Positions 50,001-60,200 of a stretch of 64,000 bases of DNA are shown one piece after another. Numbering within the stretch: the stretch's first letter is position 1; each line of letters opens with the position of its first letter. Below the pieces are notes generated by a model that did no database searches, was not told where the DNA came from, and worked only from the letters and a program-made list of their open reading frames with translations. Made by a program: the position numbers and the translations under genes. This DNA comes from Protoeuglena noctilucae. Its lineage: Eukaryota. The stretch lies in NCBI GenBank assembly GCA_958009085.1, contig OY253668.1, positions 1,612,001-1,676,000 of the forward strand, in the 5' to 3' direction.

Positions 50001-53000
50001 GTATGAAGCATGGGTATGACGCGTCTGAACCTTGTTCTCAGCAGAGAGACCGTTCGTCATGAACAGCCTCGCAAGCAGCTGTCGTGCTCTTACTCGGTCA
50101 TGTCACACCAGGATCGGTCAATGACATAAAATCGTACCTGACCAACTGCAGCAGCTCCTGCCTCGCTGCCACCAGCTGCTGCCAGGTCGCCGCCGCCGCG
50201 TCGAGGTCTGCAGAGAGCTGCTGCGAGTCTGCCATCAGCGAGGTGAAGGGCCCTTGGTTGCTCAGTGCCTGGGCGCCCATCATGGCCATGGCCACTGAAA
50301 CCGGGTTGAGAGCCTGCGAGGGTAAGGACGGGAGGGACCGAAATAACGTGCTGCGGAGCCCGGCACGCTCCCGCAGTGCGCGCACCTTCTTTCGCAGTTG
50401 CCCAGAGGTTCAGCATGCCGTCCAATCCCCGACATTCGACGGTACAATATCACACAGTGATAGGCGATGAGCACCCTCACGTGCCCGTACGCCGCCGTGC
50501 TGGCTTGGATGGCTGTCTGAGCCAGCGCCTGCGCCAGCGTGGCCGGGCTCGCTGTCGTCGCAGCACTCGATCCCCCCGCAGTCGTGGTGTCGGACATGCT
50601 CTGGACGGACATGGTGGTGGCGGAGGCAGCCACCGGGTCGGACTTCAGTGCTGAAGGGGCTGGCATAGACATGCCGCCCTCCGTCACAATCGAGACCTGC
50701 TGCCCCGAACTGGCGGCGGCGAGGAGGCTCAAATCGGCCAACGCGGGGTCCTGCAGGAACTCCTGCAGGCTCAGCTTGCCGTCGCCGTCCACGTCGTTGG
50801 CTGCAACAGCCGCCTGGATCTGCGGCATGGTCAAATTCAGTCCCTCGTTCTTCGCTGCCAGGTACAGCTCCTGCGCGGACACTGCGGGAAGGGACCCACG
50901 GGGGCTGAAGTATTAGTTGGCGCATGGGTTGGTGGTGGCGTAATGAGCGATAAGAGGTGCGACGGCTGGGCGAGGCGCAAGGGCTCAGGCATGGGACATG
51001 GCAGGCGTGGAGTCGAGTAGGATATGTGGCTGGAAGGGTTACGTCATCACTCCCCTTCTCCGTCCTCATCCATGTCCAGGGCATAGAAGCGCTGCTGCAG
51101 GCCAGCCACGTCTTGGGGGCTCAGCACAACCTCAATGGCACCCGTGGGCTCAAACGACAGCTTGGATGCTGGCCTGACGGGCGCCTGTGGCTTCTGCCCC
51201 GAGAGGGACGCCATGGCCTGCGATCAAGTAAGAGCAGGACATGTTCGGGCCAAGGAATGACCGAAGTCGACTAAGCGAGGCGACACAACGCGAATGAGAC
51301 CGACATGCGCCTACAGTGCGAGTGGAAAGGTGGCTAGGTAGGCCTAGCGCAGATACGAGCCAGCTCGCACCTGTTGCATCCAGGCCGTCACGTCCGTGGT
51401 CGAGATGGTGGTCCCTGTAGGTCCGCTGCTGGTGGCCTGGACCTGCGATGTGCTAGCGGTCTGTGGCGCACCGGACATGTTGGCGATGGAGGCGGATACG
51501 GGCGCAGAGGAGGCGGCAGACTGGCCCTGCGTGCTGCCAGCCGATGAGGCAGCCGCTTGCGTAGACAGCGACTGCGTCTGAACCGTGGCGGGCGTGGCGA
51601 CGACGGGGTCCGACTTGAGGGTGGCGGAGGCCGTGGCCGTGGCCGGCGGGGTGCCGATGGACGACATGAGGAGGTTGGCCTCGTCTTGCATGAGCGTCTG
51701 CATGTACGCCTGCACCGCCGACTGCGCGGCCGCCTGCTGGGCCGCCTGTCCGCTCGCGGGCGCCGTCGAGTTGGTCATGGCTTTGAGCCACGTCTGGAAT
51801 GCAGCTGACGCCGCCTGGTCCAGCGCAGTCTGCTGCGCCGCGGGGTAGCCAGTGGCCGGCGTCGTCACTGGGTCGCTCTTCTGCAGGTTGCTGGCCGCCC
51901 ACTGTTGCATGACCTGGTTTAAGGGGCTGGCGTTCGCCCCCGATGCCGCGGCTCCGGACGCCAGGTACTGAGCGATGGCCGACGCGACTTGCGGGTTGAG
52001 GGTAGGTGCCGCGCCTGCCGACGCCCCGGCTGCTTGGCTGGCGTACTTGCTGATGGCGGACATGACGAGCTGCTGGGCCAGAGGGGACGACAGGGCCGGT
52101 GCGCCGGGCACGGCGCCTCCCCCCGCAGATGCCGTCATCTGGTTCGCGATGGCTGCGGCAATTTGCCCCTGGCCCAACGCTCCCGTCCCTGCGGCGCCCG
52201 TCAGTGCACTCGCCGCGCCCCCGGAGGTCAGCCACTGCTGGAGAGCCAGCTGAGCCGCGGCGCTGGGGTTTGCCCCGGTGGCAACGGAACTGGCGCCCGT
52301 ACTAGTGCCCGCCTGGGCTCCCAGACGTGCCTGCAGCCACTCGCTGGCGAGCACCTGCGCCAGCGAGGGCGCCGGCGCTGTGGACGCAGCGCTCCCGGCC
52401 TGCTGCGCCGCCTGGGTCATGGCCGCGGGTGCCATCGTCTGCTGGAGAGAGCGGGGCCGGGAAGGCCTGCCACCCGCGCCCATGAGGCGGGCCTGAGGAG
52501 CCAAGCCACGGAGCTTACGCGACCCCTGTGGCTGCCCGGCGGATGAGGCAGGCCCAGACGCAGGGGTGACCCCGGGAGTGGTTGCGCCGGCACTTGGCTG
52601 CGGCGTGGAGGGGCCGCCCAGGGCCGCAATGCGCACGCGCACGGCATCCCGGGCAGCCAGGTGGTCCCTGCGTGCAGAGGGGTCACATAACATTTGGATA
52701 TCCACACCAGGCGCCTGGTTTTAGTCCAGCTCCCCGGTGCGACCGGCGCCAGGTGCTGCGACAAGGCTGGGAGCGCGCATGCGAAGTGTTGTGCCAGGGC
52801 CAGCCTCACTTGAGTCGCTGGTCGATCAGGTCAACCAGAGTTTGTGCGTCGGATTCCGCGGGCAGCCCCCGCTGCTGCAGATACGAGCTGAGGTTGGACG
52901 TGTGGCCTGACAAGACGTCACCCACCACCCCGCGGATGTCGCCCGGCGCCTGCGGGACGGGGAGACTTAGAACTGAAAACGACCGTGACCCGTTTGACGA

Positions 53001-53387
53001 GTGGAGCACGGTTTCGCGGACGCCCTGAGCCCACCTGGTCCCCCGTCTGGGGAGCGGGCGTGGGCACGAGCTGCTGCAGGTGCTCCTGCACCTTCCCAAG
53101 CATGTCGAGGAGGCTGAGGCTCGTGTCCGCGCTGCCACCGCTTGCCGGCGTGCCGTCGGATTGCACCTGCGCTTCGGGAGAGCGCAGATGGGCCGCCGCG
53201 ACCGTCAGCAGCGGGCTGCCCCTGAACTCGCCGCGTCCCTCACCGCTGCGAGCCCCCTGACCCTGTCGGCGTTGCCGACAGACCCCATTTCTTGTTCATC
53301 GCGCAGTGCTGTCCCTGCGGTCGCGAAAGCGACGCCCACCGCGAGGGCGAGGGCAGCCAGCGTCGCGAGGCGCCCTGCGACGCGCAT
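47086..53387 (-). CDS. Large secreted Ala/Ser/Thr/Gln/Gly-rich protein with EF-hands (3' end uncertain, about 47086-47600)
   Basis: Signal peptide MRVAGRLATLAALALAVGVAFATA. EF-hand pair DMDEDGEVSAQE / DVDGDGKLSLQE, further DLNGDGKYDYQD loop, long low-complexity exons. Confidence 0.72.
47895..48045 (-). repeat. Degenerate 21-bp coding repeats (GGxTARS / TGGSS/T units)
   Basis: GGTARSGGDTARSGGDAATGGSNTAAGGSSTATGGSTTATGGSSAAG seen in the translation. Confidence 0.75.
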
Positions 53388-54253
53388 CGCAGCGCAGCGG
53401 GGCCTCGGGCTTGCCCGGCGGAGCAGGCGGTCAGAGACGGAATGAAACGTGGTTGCGTGCGCGCAGAGCGACCTCGGGCGCCCTCAGAACGGCGCTGTGG
53501 GATGCGTGGCGGATGCAACGACTTCAAGCCGCGCCTTCGTCCAGGCGCAAGGGGAAAAGCCAAGAGAACAGCGCCGAGACTACCATGCACACAGGACGCC
53601 AGCGCGAGAGAGCGGCAATTTGTTCGGCGCGCGCGAGGAAAGTGCGCTGCCCACCCTCGTCTGATCCGCCTCGCTCATCACCCTTGACGGCCGATCCTTC
53701 ATAGCCTCTTTCGGTATGATATTTGTCCACCATCGCTGCCAAAGCGACGTGTTGAGCGGTTTCGCTCGTGTCAGAAAGGTCGGGCGGAGGACATTGCCAC
53801 CGTCTGCACCACCGTTAGTGACAATGATGCACGTCTTGCCTCTCGCCGCTGGGTCGGCAGCTCTTTCTCTCTCCACCCATCCACACTTGTCTCTCGCGCT
53901 GCGCGCCGTCTGCGGGGTGGCACAGGGCGCGAATGTCTCGACGATAACCCCCCGTATCTGTGCATTCCTCGGGCGCCGGCAGGCGAGCCGACGCGGCGCT
54001 GATTCGCGCCGTCACGGGTGGGCACCGCGAAGGTGCGGAGCAAACAGAACGTGGGACGTAGCCACTACAGTTTGCAATGCACGCGCGACCGGGGCTACGA
54101 ACTTCTTTGGGGCAACTGGATAGGCCCCTGGCTCCCAGGCCCGTCGACCGGGCGCGTGGGCCGGGTCGTGTCACCCGATGCGGTTCGCTGCGCGCCGCTT
54201 CCCGCAATCGCTCCGGCCCCTCGTCGCTCGCAGAGCCGCGTGCATGCGTTCCA

Positions 54254-57200
54254 ATGGAAGGCATCGACCATGAGGCGGGGCCTGGGAGCGGGTGAGGGTC
54301 GCTTGCCACGGCATGCGACGCTTTGGGAGCATTGCGAACGCCGCGTCTGCGCGAGATCCCGCGCGCACGCGCGGAAGTGATCGAGGGCGTGCATTCCTCT
54401 GCGTCTGCGCGTGGCCCCGTCCCCGCTGGGCCCCGCGAAACTCGCCACACCCTCGTGACGCAGGGCGCTGCCCCGCGCCAAGACCTCCGCGCGCGTGGAG
54501 GGGCCGGGCCCGGGGCCAGGGGAGCGCGAGGACAGCCTGGAGCTGCACGTCGGCGAGGTCACGTCCTTGAAGATGGAGGCGAAGCGCGCCTCGCTCATGG
54601 TGCGTCCCTTGTGAGCCAACCTTGTATCGCGCGCGTGGCCGCCTCGCCGCCAGCGACGCCCGATATCTGGCGCGCAGGATGCTCTCTATGGCGTCATGTA
54701 CACGCTGCTCAAGGAGAAGAAGGAGCAGAGCTGGAAACTGGAAATGCTCGACGTGGCCATCCACTTTGTCCAGCTCTACCTCCTCGTCTACTCCCAGACG
54801 GCAAGTCGGGCAGGGCGCGAGCCTGTCTTCCATAGTTTGTTCCTATCGTGCCTTGCGACTGCGCCCAACCTTCCGGCTTGCCGCCGGTGGCGACGCGCAG
54901 CGTCTCTTCGCAGCTCCTCGCTGACTGTTGAGCGCTCCCCTCCCGCAGTTCCACTGGGACTGGGGTCTCCAGGACAGCCACAGGAGCGAGAGCGTCATTC
55001 ACGGCGTCGAGCTGGCGGAGATCGTCAACCTCCTTGAGGCGCTGGGCTACCAGTCCTTCCTCGTCGTGTACTGGGTCCTATTCTCGGCCCTGGCCCTGGT
55101 GAGACGCCAAGAATCACTTTGTACTTGCGTTTTCACCTGCAGCGGCCGCACGCCCGCGGCAGCGACACCTGCTGACGTCCTCTCGACCCTCCCCCAATTG
55201 CAGTCCCTCATCTGCGCCTGGGTCGCTCAGAACTTTAAGACCGGCAAGTTCCCCTTCATCTGGCCCATCAAGCTGGCGCGCGTGTTCGTCGGCTTCTTCT
55301 TCAAGACGCTGGACATCACGTCGCTTTCGTGAGTCCCGCGCAGCACGTGGCTGCCGAGCTTCGTGTCCCCGCACCCTTCCTGCCCGCGACTGCCACAAGC
55401 CCGTCGGTCATCCGTGCGCCCCTCCCCGCCCGCAGCGTCTTCATCATGGCGCTCAGCTGCCAGATCCACCCGCCACCCGGCGAGCCCTCGCACAACCGCA
55501 TTTACCCGGACAAGCGGTGCGACCGCGCCCCGCACCTCTTCATCCTGGTCTTCGCCGTGCCCTTCGCGGCCCTCACCATCACCATCGGCTGGCTGCTGGC
55601 CGCGGGGACCACCGAGATGGACCCTCTCAACCGCGAGCTCATGGCCGTGCCCTTCCCGGAGGCCTCGACCAAGATCTTCGTCGCGGTGACGGGCATCGAC
55701 GTCCTCAGCGTGTTCCTGCGGGGACACGGCCGCACGTTCGGCGTCACCACGGCGCTCCTGTCCGGCTACATCCTGTACGTCCTGCTGCGATGGATCCCCT
55801 ACTACACGCGATGGGTCAACCGCCTCATGGTGAGGCGCAGAAGAATCGCCGACTCCTCCGCAGCGACCCGCACCGCGAGGAGGGCGCCCTGCGCCTGGGC
55901 TGTCGTGGCAGCTCCTCCGCCGTCGCGACCGTCGTTTCTCAAATCAGCCGGCCCATCGCTGCGCACCAGGCATTGTTACGAGTATCTTTCATGACTCAGT
56001 CGCCCTCACCTCCGCAGTGTGCCATGTACACGGGCCTCTTCTTCGCCGCCCTCTGCCTCACGGCGCTCGAGACCGTCCCCGGCGCCCATCACGTCCGGCA
56101 GGCGTCCATCGCGGGCGTGTTCGGTGAGACGCACCTGCAACCGCGCTCACAGTTTCGCCCGCAGCAAAGTCACAAAGCTGCACACCGTCTCAGGCCATCC
56201 CCGCCTGACTTGCGTGTTACTGTTCGCCCTCCCAGGTGTGCCTCCGGCCATCCTCCTCGGCTGGACGGTCATGTCGGCGCGGCAGTGGATCCCGGCGCAG
56301 AAGGCGGCCGCGGTGCTGCAGGCCTCGCAGCCGACGGCAGGGACGGCGTCACAAAGGGACGTGAGGCCGTCGCCCGGCTCGGTGACGTTCGGCAACGCGA
56401 GGGCGTCCATCACGCTGGCCCACCGCACGCGGCGCAAGAGCGGCGACGTGCCCTTCGCGCGCTCCCGCGCGGGGAGCATCGACGCGCGCGCCGGCCCCCA
56501 GCCCTTCGCCCGGTCTCGTGTCGGGAGAATCGACGCCAGGGCGCCGGTGCCGCGGGCCCTCATGGCGGGGCCCAGCAAGGGCGCGCGCGCTAAGGGCAAT
56601 GAGGACGACATCAACGACTTTGATCTGCCGCCCGCCCGGCCCCGGCACGGCGCACTGAGCTCGCACGCGCCGGAGGTGTCGGTGCGGTACAAGGAGTCGA
56701 ACGACGAGGTGGAGCACAGCAGGGGCCACGGGGCGCGGGACCCGACGGCGACGCTGCGCAAGTGGGCGTCCGCGGCGGTGGTGGCGGGCGGCCGCCGGTC
56801 GTCCGTGCTGCTGCGCGCGCTGTTCCAGAACGAGCGCGCCAGCGCGGCGCACACGAGCACCGCGGAGCCCACGAGCAAGCGGGTGGTCTTTGCGTCGGCG
56901 GCGGAGGTGGAGATCGCGGCGCGGGTCATGCGCGAGCGCGACGTCCACGGCAACCTCAAGGAGAGCAACCTGATGGCGGCGCAGCGGCTGCTGGCGATGG
57001 GCCTGCGTCAGTTCCCGGACAGCCCGCAGCTGCAGCTCTTCGTGAGCCACTTCTTCCTGCACGTGGGCAAGAACCACCAGAAGTCGAGCGCGCAGCTCCA
57101 GCGGGCCCGGCAGCTCCCCATGTCCCTCGGCCTGAGGTTCCAGGTCTTTTGTCGCGACCGCGAGGCGATGCAGGCCGGCGCGGACAGCGGGCTGGGGGCC

Positions 57201-60200
57201 GAGGGGGCCATGGACTTGGTGACGTACGTCGAGTTTCAGAACAACTTCCAGGCGGCGCAGCGGAGCCACACCCAGGCGCTGCGGGCGACGCGGGAGGTGA
57301 GGGCGTGGGGATGGCGGGGTGGAGGGCTGCGCTTGGTGCGGGTACTGGGCGCCCTCGCATGCATGCGGCAGCGTCTCGCTCGCGCGGCTGACATGGCACA
57401 GCGCAGGCGACTGGGTCTGACGTGTGGGTCGTGCGTCTTCTGACACCGCAGTTCTGGCGCGGCCTGCTCCGGACGGACATCAGCTTCGAGTCCCTGACGA
57501 GCTCGGCGTCGCGCATCTCCGAATTGGCGCTCGCGGCGGCCCAGGTCTTCCGAACGATGCTCCGGCAGCACCCCAGCAACGTCAAGCTGCTTCGCGCGCA
57601 CGGGCGCTTTGTGAGCGAGGTGGCCAACGACCCTTGGCGAGCCACGCAGGAGTTTGAGAAGGCCGACCGCATCGAGGATCGGCAGGCGGAGGTGAGGGCG
57701 GCATGGGTGGGCAGGGGCAGGGGCAGGGGCGGTGAGGGTGGTGGGGGTGCAGAGGTGAAGGGGAGGAAAGGGGTGCGGTGGGGTGGGGTGCCAGGAACAT
57801 GGGGTGGAAAGGGTTTTTTGAGGTGCAGAGGGACGCAACGGATGGGCCTGTGAGCTACTTTGTATCAACACTCGACATCCCGTCGCACCGCGCCCCTGTG
57901 CACCACTGAAAGCCCTACCTATGCCCCCGCACGCAGGCCCGTCGCGTGAAGCTCTTGACGGAGGTGGCGAACGCGAGCAAGAACCCGCTGGACGCCGCGA
58001 ACGCCGAGGGAGAGCCCGGGACGCAGCACACGCACCACACGGCCGCCACTCTGTCGGGTCACGGTGGGGCGGGGTCCAAGTCGGTGGTGGACACGATTGG
58101 GCTGGACGAAAACGTGAACGACAACAAGGACGCGGTGATCGTCATCACCGAAACGGGCATCGTGCTTATGACCAATCGCCTCTTCAACAAAATGTTCCGG
58201 TGAGTAGCGGGGCATGAAGGGCAGTTGGTGCATGATGACAAGTTGCCAGGATGAAGATGACGCTCGTGCGCTGCCACCCTTCGCGCATCTGCTGCTGCCG
58301 CCCATTGCTCCGATAGACGAGCCACACGTGCCGTCGCACCCTTGCTTTGGCAAGCGAGCGACACGCGCCCCACGTGCACACGCAGGTACAAGACGGGAGA
58401 GTTGGAGGGCGTGAACGTCTCGGCGCTCATGCCGGCGCCCTTTTCGCAGCAGCACAACGGGTACCTGCGCCAGTACATGTCGTCGCAGCAGGCCCGGCTC
58501 TCCAAACGCTCCCGGGAGGTGGTGGCGCTCGACAAGTCCCGAGGCCTCTTCCCGATCAAGATCCGCGTCACGCCGCTGCCCCAGCCCGGCGGCGGCTGCC
58601 ACTTCATCGGCGTCATCCACAAGCTGGAGGAGCAGGACCTCAGCAAGGGCGAGCTCTGGCTCACCCAGACCGGGGCCGTGCTGTGCTGTTCCCCGGGGTT
58701 CGAGCGGCAGTTCGGGTGGACGTCTGCCGATCTCGCTGGCAAGGGCGTCGAGTTCATTGCAGCCGGCGAGGGCGGCGCGGCCAAGGTGAGACTCGCGCCC
58801 TGGTGGGGGGCGGTGGGTGGGTGAGGAACATAGTGCAGGTGCGTTGGGCACGCCGCAGCAGTACTGGGTGTGCTTGCCGCCCTCTCAGCTGGAAATCGGG
58901 CTGCCGTAACGCGCATTCACTCTGTTTCATGTGCCCTGGTCGCGGCAGGCGACTCGCCTTGGTTGCCGAATCATGTGTGGGTGACATTGTGGGACGATGC
59001 GCATCCATCACAGCGTCCCCTCGCATCCCGCGCGCAGGCCGAGGTGTGGGGTTTGGAGGTGGCCCGGGCGGTGTCCTCCGTGACGCAGGCCTTGGAGCTG
59101 GGGACCGAGGACGAGCATGCGTCCGTGGAGGACTACGAGGGTTCGTTCGAGGCCGTGCTTCGGCACAAGTGGTCCCGGCAGTCGCTGCACGTGCAGTGCG
59201 CCGTGCGGCTGGCGGGCACGGAGACGACGCCCGTGGTGGTGGTCACGGTGGAGATTGACGATGTCGACTGCAGCGCGTGCCTGGCCAGCAACCTCGATGG
59301 CCAGCTCAAGTACGCATCGGCCGGCGCTGAGAAGCTCCTGGGTTACGTCCCGGGGACGATGCTGTCGAAGAGCATGACCGTGGAGCAGATCATCCCGGGC
59401 CCGGGGGGCCACCTGCACGCGGCGTTGGTGCGTGGGTTCTTCCTGAAGGGGGAGTCGGTCCCGCCGGACGTGCCCTGCGCCCACGGCCACATCGTGTCTC
59501 TGCGGTCCAAGAAGGGCTCGCTGGTGCCCGTGCGCATGCGATGGAAGGCGCACCGGGCGGGGAGCGAGGTGCGCGGAGGTGGCGGGGGCAGGCGGGTCTT
59601 GTTGCTGGGGTGTCGCGGGGTGTGTATTCGTACCATTGGCATTGCAGCCATTTGCTTGGTGCGAGGGACCCTCGCTGCTTCACCTGCCGCCTCGTCTAAC
59701 TCCTGACGATAAGCACGCCCTTCTTGCTACCCTTGTAATGCATCGCTACCCCATGTCGTGCGTCCTGCAGACGACAATCGTGACGACGTTGATGCCGGTC
59801 CAGCGCGAGTCTCTCAAGCATCCCTGGGGCATCAGCGACCGCGGGGCCTTCCCGGATCGTCAGATTTGCCTCCGCTTGCTGGTCGCTGCGGACGGGACCA
59901 TCGCTGCAGCCACGGACGGGTTTGGGTTCTCGGCCAAGGGCCGCACGGGTGAGCGGCGCGGGGATGATGGCAAGATACGCGTGGGTGCAATCGTGCTTCG
60001 CTGCTTGACTGCTTCGCGTTTTGTGGATGGCCATGCCTGGGCTGACACAGTTGGGCTTTGGCTGCCCAACCCCCGCGTGCCAGTGACTGCTGTGCCGGTC
60101 GGGAGCTGCAGAGCGAGTCAATCCGGCACGATCAGATTTGTCACGCTCTCCACGCGCTCGCCCGCAGGTTCTGTCTTCGGCATCAATGGTGATGACCTCG

